NCBI GenBank assembly: GCA_963666365.2
Contig: CAXXNF010000001.1
Coordinates: 768,001 to 832,000 of the forward strand
Source of the DNA: Syntrophales bacterium
GTDB lineage: Bacteria; Desulfobacterota; Syntrophia; Syntrophales; UBA2210
Direction of reading: 5' to 3'
DNA: 64,000 nt
This document shows positions 48,868 to 58,657 of the stretch, in pieces (position 1 is the stretch's first letter; each line of letters begins with the position of its first letter). The position numbers and the translations under genes are program-made. The notes under the pieces were generated by a model. The model made no database searches and was not told the DNA's origin. It saw only the letters and a list, made by a program, of their open reading frames with translations.

Positions 48868-51800
48868 TTAAAAGTTTGCGCTCCAGTTGGGCTGGTACTT
48901 GTAATTAAAGGTACTCTTGAATGTGTCGTTTCCCTGATCGACTGCGGTTTCCGTAAACTGAATCGCCGCGTAGGTGCCGTCGAACAGTCTGAAGGCGTAG
49001 ACGTGGGCCGGGTCAAGAATGACATCCAGCGTCGGCCCATACCCGTCGATCGGTACGCGGTTCACATCCGAAAGAGAAAGCACACCCAGATCCTGCGCCT
49101 CTACGCCGGGCGCCAGGAAGATGATGTTGGTTTCGACAATAAAATCAGTATCCTGCCAGTCGTACATATCATCGATGATTTGCACCCTCTTTGTTGTTGC
49201 CTCCGAAAAGTCGAAGCCGTCGTTATCATTCCATGCCCGGGAGGTGAGCTCTGCCGTCCCCGATTCAGAGGTGACCGGCAGGGGTGTGACGAGACCCGCG
49301 TTGGTCTGCAGCACATACATTGCCTCGATCAACCCGATTCTTCCGTCGTTGTTGACATCTCTCACCGCTTCGAGTCCCGTCGGATTCTGCCCCGTCAAGG
49401 CCTGCAGCACCAGGATTGCCTGGCCGAGACTCGGCACGGGACCGGGGAGCGCGTAAGTGAAGGACGTCTGCAGCAGCGAGTAATTCCCGTCGCTGTCGCT
49501 GGTGACGACGTTGTAGTAGTACCTGCCCCCTTCGAGCGCCGGTCCGTCATAAGCAACCTGCACCTGACCTTCGACAAGGCCGCCCTGGACATCGTATTTT
49601 TCCCATACACGGTTCCAGTTCATGTCGAACAGTTCAATGCCGTGGATGAATCCGGGCACCGGCGTCCAGGAGAATGCAAAATCGCCTGTCACTGTCTGAC
49701 CTTCCCAGGGCGCTGCATCGTAGGGGAACACTTCCACGAAGTTGGCGACGGTGACCGTCTCCGTTTTCTCTTGGCTTTGGTAATTGACCGTAAAGGTATA
49801 GGTCAGGGGCAGCTCCGGCCGCATATTCCCGAAGGTGGGGTTGTTATTTTCCTGCCAGGAATTCCAGCTTTTATCCTCCGGGTCGTGGTACAGCGCGAGA
49901 GACCCGTCGATGCCGTCGCCGGTGACGGTAACCCCGGTGATCATATCGCCCGGGTCCTCCACTTCGAGCGATACCCAGTAGGTGTCCGGATTGGCTGACG
50001 CGGCCTGATGTCCTGAACGTGCCATGACTTCAAACAGCTTCTGGTTTCCGTAAAGCTGCCAGGCGCCACCCTCGTATTTGAAGGGAATGACCTCGCGCTC
50101 CACACCGTTCCAGAGAACCGTCAGATAGCCCATCTCTCCGTCGATGAAGGAACCGAGCACCACATAGGTCTCTCCATCAAAACCGGGATCGCTGAATTCT
50201 TCGGCCAGTTCGGCTCTGAACCCGGCCTTGGTCTGACCGTCGTCGAGGTAATCCTCGGAGACACAGGCCATGAATTCTTCGAGATGCCCGCTGTTAAACT
50301 CCACCATGGCCGCATCGAACTGGCTCCTCAGGGTGAGTGTAGCGCCGTCGGAGGCGCCGAAGATGCTTCCTTCGCTTACGCTGTAGGCATGGGTCATAAA
50401 TACCCGGCCGTCAAAGGCAAAGCCGGGGCAGGTCGCGGTGACGATCACCCTGTCGCCGTCAGCAATATTGAGAATCCTGTATGTGCCCTCGGCCCCCGTC
50501 GCTTCGGCGCTGCCGGGATAGACGACGGTGTAGGACTGTCCGGAGAGGCTTGTATAGGACACCACGGCATTCGGGACGGCAAATCCGGATGTTCTATCCA
50601 GGACCCGTCCTGTGATGACGCCTTTGCCGGCTTCAACGCCCCATGCTTCCACCTGGTCGGGTGTGAAGAGTTTGAAGGGGGTTCCCGTGCTGTCGATGTC
50701 AGTGCCGCTGCGGATTATCGCCGAGTAACTGTCGGCGTAGCCCCACAGGAATATTCTCAATGTGAAGGGTGTGTCGATGGGCAAACTTCCAAGGGTGAAT
50801 GTGCCGTCGGTTCCCGTCATAACCATGTGGCTCCAATTATCCGCCAGCATCACTTCAGCGCCCTGAATGGCGTTCCCCTCGCTGTCGACCACCTTGCCGG
50901 TGAAGGAAATGGTCATCGCCGCACCGCCCTGATAGAAGAACGGCGCCGGGTCGGCATAGGCCTCGTTGCCGAAGGGTCCGTCAACAGCCACCACCTGCAC
51001 GGTGTACTCGCCTGAAGGAACACCCCGCTGACCCAGTGCGGTGAAAAGATCGAAGGGACTCTGGAGAATCATCGGGTCCGCTTCGCCGTTGTAGACTTCC
51101 ATCTGGTTGCCTACATCCGTGATCACAAGGTAGTACCCCGCCGCTCCGTCAACGGCATCCCAGGCGAGCATACCCGTGTCTCCGTTAACGCCGACGTTGG
51201 CGGGAACCTCCAGCGGCGTACCGGGCTGGAAGTCAAATGTACGCGTTTCGGTGTGCTGGTCGGCGTACGTGGCGATGAAGGTGTACCATCCCGTATAGCT
51301 TTCCGGGAATTCCTCGGTGATGAAGCTCGTATCCGAGGGATAGACGGCCCAGAATTCCCCCTCATCCTCTCCGACCCCCGGATTGAGCGGGAAATTGAGG
51401 ATGCCGGAATTTCCGGGTCCCGTCACGGTAACCGAGGCGATGTCGGCGACATCGCCCTTCAGTATCATCTCGAGCTGATCGCCGCCGGTAAAGCGCATGT
51501 AGAGCATGCGGGCCTGCAGACCCGCCTCACCCGTCGCGAAAATGGAATCTTCCGTGACCGTGCCGGCCGCCACGGGAACAAGCGCGTTGTTGAATGTGAA
51601 GGTGTAGCCGTCCAGGGTCGCGGTCACCTGGTACAGGACAGGCGGGTGAAATTCATCCATCACAGGCACGTTTTTCACCATGTAGAGACCATCCTCGGCC
51701 GTTGCGTTCCCGCCGCCGGTGTAGGTCACCTGAAGCGGATCCCCCACCAGCCCCATCGGTGTCCATCGCTGGACCTCTATTGTCGCGCCGGCCAGGAACT

Positions 51801-54800
51801 GCATGGGATTGTTCTGCATGGCGACGCGGCCGAGAATCATGCCCGTGCCGGCATCGTTTCCGAAGGCGGCGTATTCGGCGCCCGTGAAGAGCCGGTAGGG
51901 CAGCAGGGCCTGTGTGTCTTCCTGCAGGGTCATGTAACGGCTCAACACAGGGGCATAATCGGTATCCGCAGGCTGCGGGATGGAAAGATAGAACGCCTGA
52001 CCCACCGGGATGTCGGTGAGCATGAAAGCGCCCAGCGCGCCGTCAGCGGGGTGCGTACCGATGAGATCGCCCGTCGGCTGCCGCGCTTCCGCCTGGGCGC
52101 CGGGAACGACTTGGTCCTGTGTATCCCTGACCCAGCCGAAGAAGGACACCCCTGCGGGACCACCGGCGACGAGATTGATACCGCCGGCATTCGTTTGACT
52201 CAGCGCCGTCACCTGTACGGGGTTGTACTGAGCCTCGGCGAAGGGTTCGCCTTCATCGCGCTGGTTGTCGCCGTTGCTGTCGAGGTAGGCCCCCACATAG
52301 TAATCAACGCCCGGCGTCAGGCCGAAGATCAGAAACTGTGCGGGATTTTCGTTGAACACCTCTTCCAGTCCGGCAACGGGCGTTTGCATCGCCTGGTCGG
52401 AGTAGACGATGACATGCATGGCGCCGCTTGCCTGCGTCCAGTTCTGGCAATAGACGCCGCCGATCACGTAGCCTTTGTCCTCATCGCCTTCGCGGTAATC
52501 GAAATAGACAGGTTCCGCGTAGGCCTCATCGCCCGATGCGTAAACCGCCACCAGCTGCACCGAGTAGGTGCCGGTCGTCTTGTCGTAGGCCCCCAGCAGT
52601 GAGTAGAGGTTGACCGTGTTGGTGTCGTGAAGCGGCGTGTCGTTTTCTGTGTTCCGAACGACATTTCCCGCACCGTCGTAGACGATATAATAATAATGAT
52701 CCACGGCGGTATTGGGCGCCCAGGAAAGAATCCCCGCCGCATTCACCTTTACGCCCGCGGGCAGAGCCCCCGGCGTGCCGGGTTGAAAGTCGTAGGTGAA
52801 CGTCTCTGTGTGCTGGTCGGTGTAGGTCGCCGTAAATGTATAGGTTCCCGCATAGTTTTCCGGGAATCCCTCCGTGATGAAAGCGGTATCCGAGGGATAG
52901 ACTGCCCAGAATTCATCGTACTCCCCGTTAAGCGGGAAATCAACGATGCCCGAATTTTCCGGACCGGTCACGGTGACCGATGCAATGCCGGTTACCTCGC
53001 CTTCCAGAATGAGTTCGAGCTGATAGCCCTGGGCGGAATGCATGTACATGACGTCGGGCGTCAATGCCGGCGCCGTGGCCTGATAGGTAAAGCTCGTCTG
53101 CAGCAGGGAGTAGTTCCCCTCGGGATCATCGCTTGAAATCATGTAGGTGTATGTGCCGTCTGCAAGGGCCGGTCCGTCGTAGGCTATGGTCCCGCTCTGC
53201 AGATCATGGGCACTCCAGATCTGATTCCACGTGCTGTCGAACAGCTCGATGCCGTGGCTGAATCCGGGTATCGGCATCCACGAAAATGCAAGATCGCCCG
53301 ATACCGTGGCGCTCTGTACGGGCGACAGGTTTGTGGGGAAGACCTCTACGAAATAGTTGACCGGTACCGTCTGAACAACCTGCTGGCCGCTTCCGTACTC
53401 TATGGTGAAGGTGTAGCTCAGCGGGAGCGCCGGTCTCGTGTTGCCGAAGGTGGGGTTGTTGTTTGTTTGCTCGGGAGACTCGCTCCAGGAATGCCACTCC
53501 TCCTCATCCTCCGCATCGTGATAGAGTGCGATGGATCCGTCGATGCCGTCGCCCGTAACGGTGACGGAGGTAATCAGATTACCCGGGTCCTCCACTTCCA
53601 GAGAGACCCAGTAGATATCGGGATTGGTGGATTGGGCCTGGTAGCCGGATCGGGCCATGACTTCAAAGAGTTTCTGGTTCCCGTAAATCTTCCAGGCGCC
53701 GCTTTCGTTGACAAAGTGGAGAAGCTCTGCCTCCCTGCCGTTCCAGAGGACCATCATCGTGGCCGAAGTGCCGTCGATGACGGTGTTCAGCACCGTATAG
53801 GTCTCTCCCTGGAACTCGGGATCGCTGAATTCCTCGGTAAGTTCGGCCGCAAAGCCAGTTTTCGTCAGGCCGTCGTCGAGATAGTTCTCGGACACATAGG
53901 CCATGAATCCGCCGAGATTCTTGGCGTTAAATTCCACCATGGCTGCATCGAAGGCGCCCCTCAGGGCCAGCGTGTCGCCGTCGGAGGCGCTGAAGATGTA
54001 GCCTTCGCTGACGGCGTCGCCATGGGTCATGAAGACGCGGCCGTCAAAGACAAACGCTGACAGTTGCGCGGTGACGGCCACCATGTCCCCCTCGAGCACA
54101 TTGGGGATCAGATATCTGCCGTCAGCGGCCGTTGTACCTGTTGTGCTTCCGGGATAGACGGGGGCGTAGGTCTGTCCGAGCATGCTTGTACAGAACACCT
54201 CGGCGTTCTGTATCCCGCTTCCGAAGGATTTGTCCCAGACCCTGCCGGTAATGACGCCCTTGCCGGACTCGATGCCCCAGGCCGCCACATCGGCGGGTGT
54301 GAAGAGTATAAAGGGAATATTTGTATTTTCTATATCGGCGGCGCTGCGGATGACGGCCGAGAACACGGATACGTACCCCAGTTTTGCGATACCCAATGTA
54401 AAGGCGGTATCGACAGGCAGCCCTTCAAGGGTGAAGGCGCCGCCTGTAACGGTTGTCGTGAAGAGAGAAGGATTTTCTGCCATGAACACCGTGGCGCCTT
54501 CAATGCCGGCGCCCAGGCTGTCCGCCACCATGCCCGTAAAGGAGATGCCCTCGGGGGGAGACGTCGCTGTCCCCAGGATCAATCCCTCGTGTGCACTGTC
54601 GCTGTGAATGGAGTGGAACGCCGGTCCCTGGAAGGCCCAGCCGTCCTTGGCGCCCTGCACGGCGATCGCATCGCCCGGCGTAATGCCGTAAATGTAGTAG
54701 AGGCCGTTTGCCGATGTTGTCGCCGTTTCACCCGAGGTGAAGGACATCCCATCGAAGTAGGCCACATTGTAGGCGCCGCTCAGTGCGCTGGTGTAGGTGA

Positions 54801-57288
54801 CCTTCACTCCCGCCACCGGCTGCGAGGGATTCGCCGCATCGACGACCCGGCCGGTGATAAAACCCGTGCCGGAAGGCAGTATTTCGATCGGCCAGCCTGC
54901 AAGTTCCGTCGGCGTAAACATGACAAAGGGCCAGAGGCCGACCACATCCTGGGACGTATTCATTGTCTGCGAATAGACAGGGACATAATTGGTAGCGGTG
55001 ATCTGGAGGGCAAAGGGAGTATTGACCGGCAGCCCGCTTAAGGTAAAGGCCCCTAAAGTGTCCGTAGTGGTGGATATGTTTGCGTTGTCGGCGGATGACA
55101 CGGTGGCGCCGGCGATCGGCGTTCCGTCGATGGGAGAATTCACATTGGAGGCCCTGACAAGGCCGGTAAAGGAGATGCTGGGTCCCTGGGAAAGGAAGAA
55201 ATACACGTTATCAACGGTTTCACCGGCGTTAAAGGTGAGCACCTGAGCGCCGTCGATGGTTTCGGCATTGGGATACCACTGGGCAATCTGGGCGCCGGTG
55301 TAATCTTCGTGGAAAATCCTGATTCGGTAGTCGCCTACGGGAATGCCGACGAGGTGGAAATCCTTAGAGTGAAACATGAAAAGCTCACGCTCGAAGGCCT
55401 TGGTGCCGGCGGCATTGTAAAATTCGAGGATAAAATTCTCGGCGAACAGGTCGTCAAGTGTGCGTACGCCCCCTGAAATCTGTGCCAGTGCGGGGTCGGC
55501 GGTGATCTGAAGAGGCGCATTGCCGGTGGCTGTAGTGGTGCCGTCGGAGGTGGTGGCGTGGAACATTACCGTGAATGCGCCCGGTTCCTGATCCAGCATT
55601 TGAAAAGTGGATGCGTAGGACCGGTTGCTGTCGTACCATGTTCCTTTTTCCGAGCGGTTGCTGCTGAAGCTCGTCATGCCCGATACGCTGGTTCCAACTT
55701 GTGTGAGCGCGTAGTTGCCCGTAGCTGAAAAGCTCAGGTCGCCCGCGTACGAATAGGGCACCGATGAGGGTGTAATGGACACCTGCACTTGCGGGGCCGT
55801 TTCGCCTATGGTGATAGTGACCGGCAGCGATGCCTGGGCGCCGTCGGTCGCGGTGACCACAATATTGGCACTGCCTGCGGTGAGGGCATAGTAATTAGGT
55901 CCCCAGGTGGTCGGTTCCACCATAACTACCAAGGGATTGTCCGATGAAATGGTCAGAGGGCTCGGCATGCCCATGCCGTAGGGGGCCATCATGCCCTGGG
56001 TATTGCCGAGTGAATCGGTGGCGTCGATCTGCAGGCCGTAGGAGTTGAACTGCCCCTGCGCGGTCAGATCGATCTGAGTGACGTCTTCCCTCGTATTCGT
56101 CTGGGTGAGAGGATTGTAGACATAGCGGTAAAAATTAATTGAATTTATGGTGACCACTTCCAGGAGGAACGGCACGTAGCGTGGCTGTGTGTTCGCTTCC
56201 TCGGTTTTGAGGAGAATAGAATAGTCACCGGCAGCGACTGCGCTGGTATCTATTTTCAGTAGCACGCCGCCGGCGTTTTTGAGCGGAACCGGCGTAAAGG
56301 TCGTTATGGCGCCTGCCGGAAGCGTCGATGGATCGATACTGAAGGTAATGCCGCTGGTGGTGGCAAAGTCATTGAGAAAGTCGATGGCAATCACATATTC
56401 GGCAACCTGACCTTTGACCGCGGTAAGATCGTCATTTTTGAGATTCACTGTGTAATTCGGCGAGGTAACTTCAAAGGAAAAGTTGGTGTTGCTTTCCACG
56501 TGATCGGCTACCACATAGACCCTGCCGCTGCGTGCCGGGTCGTTGACCGTCACATCGATTGACGTGTCTGACCAGGAGGTGACCGTTATACCGTTGGAAC
56601 TCCCGCCGATGGAGACAAAACCCTGAGTGGCGCCGAAGTTCGTTCCCGTGATGGTAAGAACACTGCCATAGGCGCCGGAATTTGCTGAAACGTCGCTTAT
56701 TTGAGGCAGTACGCCGATGGTGACCGTATCGGTTGAATCAACGAGGCTGATATTGTCAGTGATAAAACCGCCAGTATTTTCCTTGAAGATCTCAATCTTG
56801 ATCAGTTTTCGTGCGTCCGCCGGAAAGGCGACATCGCTAGTGAATATGGTCGGGTTGGACGGGTCTGACGATACGTCCGCCACGGGGGGCATGCCGAATT
56901 CGATAAAACCCATGGTATCACTGGTGGTTACATAGGTAAGCTCGACTTGAATGGTATGGTCGTTCCAGGCGTTTACTTTGCTGAGATCCATGGAGAACTG
57001 GAGCGTTTTTCCTCCGATATTGTCGGCATTCAGGTTTTGGTAGATGACCAGACCTGTATATTCCATGAAACCGCTTGAGGGGGGATTCAGGCTCACCGCG
57101 CCGTCCGCAAGCGGGTTCCATGAGGGATCTATTTCCGGGTCGATGTTCCAGTCCAGAAGACCGCTCGAAAAATCGCCATTTCTTATTATCTCGACCGCTG
57201 AAACCGCCGAGGCGGAAAATGAGGCGGCAAAGACAAAAAGAACGGTAAGAATGTATAGAACTCTTTGTGTCCAGTGCGGTGTTTTCAT
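48868..57288 (-). CDS. About 2800-aa secreted modular protein (CBM-like N-terminus, IPT/TIG, repeated cassettes paralogous to the 1659-aa protein) with subterminal dockerin-like motif
   Basis: Start MKTPHW after aaggag; signal peptide; IIRNGDFSSG; ISDVSANSGAYGSVLTITGTNFG; same cassettes and C-terminus as 43423..48402. Confidence 0.85.
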   Translation of the reverse strand: MKTPHWTQRVLYILTVLFVFAASFSASAVSAVEIIRNGDFSSGLLDWNIDPEIDPSWNPLADGAVSLNPPSSGFMEYTGLVIYQNLNADNIGGKTLQFSMDLSKVNAWNDHTIQVELTYVTTSDTMGFIEFGMPPVADVSSDPSNPTIFTSDVAFPADARKLIKIEIFKENTGGFITDNISLVDSTDTVTIGVLPQISDVSANSGAYGSVLTITGTNFGATQGFVSIGGSSNGITVTSWSDTSIDVTVNDPARSGRVYVVADHVESNTNFSFEVTSPNYTVNLKNDDLTAVKGQVAEYVIAIDFLNDFATTSGITFSIDPSTLPAGAITTFTPVPLKNAGGVLLKIDTSAVAAGDYSILLKTEEANTQPRYVPFLLEVVTINSINFYRYVYNPLTQTNTREDVTQIDLTAQGQFNSYGLQIDATDSLGNTQGMMAPYGMGMPSPLTISSDNPLVVMVEPTTWGPNYYALTAGSANIVVTATDGAQASLPVTITIGETAPQVQVSITPSSVPYSYAGDLSFSATGNYALTQVGTSVSGMTSFSSNRSEKGTWYDSNRSYASTFQMLDQEPGAFTVMFHATTSDGTTTATGNAPLQITADPALAQISGGVRTLDDLFAENFILEFYNAAGTKAFERELFMFHSKDFHLVGIPVGDYRIRIFHEDYTGAQIAQWYPNAETIDGAQVLTFNAGETVDNVYFFLSQGPSISFTGLVRASNVNSPIDGTPIAGATVSSADNANISTTTDTLGAFTLSGLPVNTPFALQITATNYVPVYSQTMNTSQDVVGLWPFVMFTPTELAGWPIEILPSGTGFITGRVVDAANPSQPVAGVKVTYTSALSGAYNVAYFDGMSFTSGETATTSANGLYYIYGITPGDAIAVQGAKDGWAFQGPAFHSIHSDSAHEGLILGTATSPPEGISFTGMVADSLGAGIEGATVFMAENPSLFTTTVTGGAFTLEGLPVDTAFTLGIAKLGYVSVFSAVIRSAADIENTNIPFILFTPADVAAWGIESGKGVITGRVWDKSFGSGIQNAEVFCTSMLGQTYAPVYPGSTTGTTAADGRYLIPNVLEGDMVAVTAQLSAFVFDGRVFMTHGDAVSEGYIFSASDGDTLALRGAFDAAMVEFNAKNLGGFMAYVSENYLDDGLTKTGFAAELTEEFSDPEFQGETYTVLNTVIDGTSATMMVLWNGREAELLHFVNESGAWKIYGNQKLFEVMARSGYQAQSTNPDIYWVSLEVEDPGNLITSVTVTGDGIDGSIALYHDAEDEEEWHSWSESPEQTNNNPTFGNTRPALPLSYTFTIEYGSGQQVVQTVPVNYFVEVFPTNLSPVQSATVSGDLAFSWMPIPGFSHGIELFDSTWNQIWSAHDLQSGTIAYDGPALADGTYTYMISSDDPEGNYSLLQTSFTYQATAPALTPDVMYMHSAQGYQLELILEGEVTGIASVTVTGPENSGIVDFPLNGEYDEFWAVYPSDTAFITEGFPENYAGTYTFTATYTDQHTETFTYDFQPGTPGALPAGVKVNAAGILSWAPNTAVDHYYYIVYDGAGNVVRNTENDTPLHDTNTVNLYSLLGAYDKTTGTYSVQLVAVYASGDEAYAEPVYFDYREGDEDKGYVIGGVYCQNWTQASGAMHVIVYSDQAMQTPVAGLEEVFNENPAQFLIFGLTPGVDYYVGAYLDSNGDNQRDEGEPFAEAQYNPVQVTALSQTNAGGINLVAGGPAGVSFFGWVRDTQDQVVPGAQAEARQPTGDLIGTHPADGALGAFMLTDIPVGQAFYLSIPQPADTDYAPVLSRYMTLQEDTQALLPYRLFTGAEYAAFGNDAGTGMILGRVAMQNNPMQFLAGATIEVQRWTPMGLVGDPLQVTYTGGGNATAEDGLYMVKNVPVMDEFHPPVLYQVTATLDGYTFTFNNALVPVAAGTVTEDSIFATGEAGLQARMLYMRFTGGDQLEMILKGDVADIASVTVTGPGNSGILNFPLNPGVGEDEGEFWAVYPSDTSFITEEFPESYTGWYTFIATYADQHTETRTFDFQPGTPLEVPANVGVNGDTGMLAWDAVDGAAGYYLVITDVGNQMEVYNGEADPMILQSPFDLFTALGQRGVPSGEYTVQVVAVDGPFGNEAYADPAPFFYQGGAAMTISFTGKVVDSEGNAIQGAEVMLADNWSHMVMTGTDGTFTLGSLPIDTPFTLRIFLWGYADSYSAIIRSGTDIDSTGTPFKLFTPDQVEAWGVEAGKGVITGRVLDRTSGFAVPNAVVSYTSLSGQSYTVVYPGSAEATGAEGTYRILNIADGDRVIVTATCPGFAFDGRVFMTHAYSVSEGSIFGASDGATLTLRSQFDAAMVEFNSGHLEEFMACVSEDYLDDGQTKAGFRAELAEEFSDPGFDGETYVVLGSFIDGEMGYLTVLWNGVEREVIPFKYEGGAWQLYGNQKLFEVMARSGHQAASANPDTYWVSLEVEDPGDMITGVTVTGDGIDGSLALYHDPEDKSWNSWQENNNPTFGNMRPELPLTYTFTVNYQSQEKTETVTVANFVEVFPYDAAPWEGQTVTGDFAFSWTPVPGFIHGIELFDMNWNRVWEKYDVQGGLVEGQVQVAYDGPALEGGRYYYNVVTSDSDGNYSLLQTSFTYALPGPVPSLGQAILVLQALTGQNPTGLEAVRDVNNDGRIGLIEAMYVLQTNAGLVTPLPVTSESGTAELTSRAWNDNDGFDFSEATTKRVQIIDDMYDWQDTDFIVETNIIFLAPGVEAQDLGVLSLSDVNRVPIDGYGPTLDVILDPAHVYAFRLFDGTYAAIQFTETAVDQGNDTFKSTFNYKYQPNWSANF

Positions 57289-57599
57289 GGTACGCTCCTT
57301 ATTGTGATAAAAAATTTTGCAATAGTACGCCGACAGAGACTGCATATGGTAATTCCCCTCTGGATCAGAGAATCCATGCATCCGTTCGGCGCACCCGATT
57401 TCCAATGACTAACAACACTTCCGTCTGTCTGTAAGATGTGTAACCGGATGAAGAACTATGGTAATACTTGCATAATATAGTGATCGAAAGGTCATTATGC
57501 AAGGGCCTCTGTTCGTCGGACAGGCAATACACGAAGTCGAAAATATTCAGCCGGTTTAAAAGATCCACCCACCCCCATTACACCTTTTGATTTGGGTAT

Positions 57600-57684
57600 T
57601 TTCTATCAGAATACAGGTGCCGCTACAAGCGAAATGTACGGGTTTTATGATTCCTTTCACAGGAATAGTGTAACGTTCGTCACA
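57600..57684 (-). promoter_or_regulatory. Tandem CRP-like boxes and putative promoter of the 2800-aa gene
   Basis: TATGA-ttcctt-TCACA 57646-57661; TGTAA-N6-TCACA 57669-57684; minus strand TTGTAG-N17-TAGAAA with extended TG; spacing identical to the 48442-48526 element. Confidence 0.68.
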
Positions 57685-57696
57685 GTGATGGTCGGT

Positions 57697-57765
57697 TTGG
57701 CCCCGGTGAAATTGGCTTCGCATTTCACGGGGTAAATCTGTTTGGTCTATCTGGTCTGTCTGGTC
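57697..57765. repeat. CCCCGGTGAAAT...ATTTCACGGGG hairpin plus short TCTGGTC microrepeats
   Basis: ccccggtgaaattggcttcgcatttcacgggg; tctgtttggtctatctggtctgtctggtc. Confidence 0.5.
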
Positions 57766-57953
57766 GTTAAAAATTCCACGATGCCGACGCATCGGCATTA
57801 TAATGGAAAATAACTCACAGTTTCTTGGGCAGCGAACCGAAAAAAAACAGCATCTCGCGCAGGGGCGCAGGGACGCTGAGGACAAGAGGAAATATCTTTC
57901 TCTGCGTCTTGGCTCTGCGGGAGAAAAAGAATCAGTTGCTTAGAAGATTTGCC

Positions 57954-58640
57954 TTATTTTATGCGCCGTTTGAGGCGAGTGGGGTTGTGAATGCGTATGG
58001 TGTTGCCATCAACGCTTACCAGGCCCTTTTCTCTGAGGGTTCTCAGCTCCTTGTTGATGCTTTCCCGGGAGGCGCCAACCATCTTTGCCAGGTCCGTCTG
58101 GGTAAGGGCAATGTCGAATTCGATCTCATCTCCTACTTCTCTTCCGTGCTCTTCCGCCAGTTCCACAAGTTTCTTTGCGAATCGTCCCGACACGTTGAGA
58201 AAACAGGTGTCCTGCAGGAGGTCGTCGGTTTTTCGAAGGCGAAGCGAGAGCGATCGAAGAATGGCCTGGATCGCCCCTCTGTTGTTCTGGAGAAAGCCCA
58301 CGAAATCGCTTTGGTTCAGCACGTAAAGCTCCGAATCTTCCAGGGCCACGGCGTCGGCGGAGCGGGGCATACCGTCGAGCAGGGCCATTTCACCGAAAAA
58401 ATCCCCCTCTGAAAAGAGCGCCAGGACCACCTCGTCACCCATGGTAGAAGGAAGGACGATCTTTACTTTTCCCTTTGTGATAACATAGAGCGTGGTCCCT
58501 TCACTCCCCTTGCGGAAGAGCACTTCACCCCTTTTGATTGACTGCCGCCTGATCGACGCGGCAAGATGTTTCCGGTCTTCCGGTCCCAGCGAGTGGAAAA
58601 GGGGGATATTCATGATAAATGATTCGGGAGACATAGGCAT
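57954..58640 (-). CDS. Crp/Fnr-family transcriptional regulator, cAMP-binding type
   Basis: cNMP pocket FFGEMALLDGMPRSADA; HTH LTQTDLAKMVGASRESINK; no Fnr-type N-terminal Cys cluster. Confidence 0.93.
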   Translation of the reverse strand: MPMSPESFIMNIPLFHSLGPEDRKHLAASIRRQSIKRGEVLFRKGSEGTTLYVITKGKVKIVLPSTMGDEVVLALFSEGDFFGEMALLDGMPRSADAVALEDSELYVLNQSDFVGFLQNNRGAIQAILRSLSLRLRKTDDLLQDTCFLNVSGRFAKKLVELAEEHGREVGDEIEFDIALTQTDLAKMVGASRESINKELRTLREKGLVSVDGNTIRIHNPTRLKRRIK

Positions 58641-58657
58641 CTCTCCTTTGTATTCTC

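Noticed and set aside
43423..49446. Diversity-generating retroelement TR/VR pair
   Set aside because: No reverse transcriptase in the window, both copies are coding, and the differing loop includes an indel rather than adenine-specific substitutions
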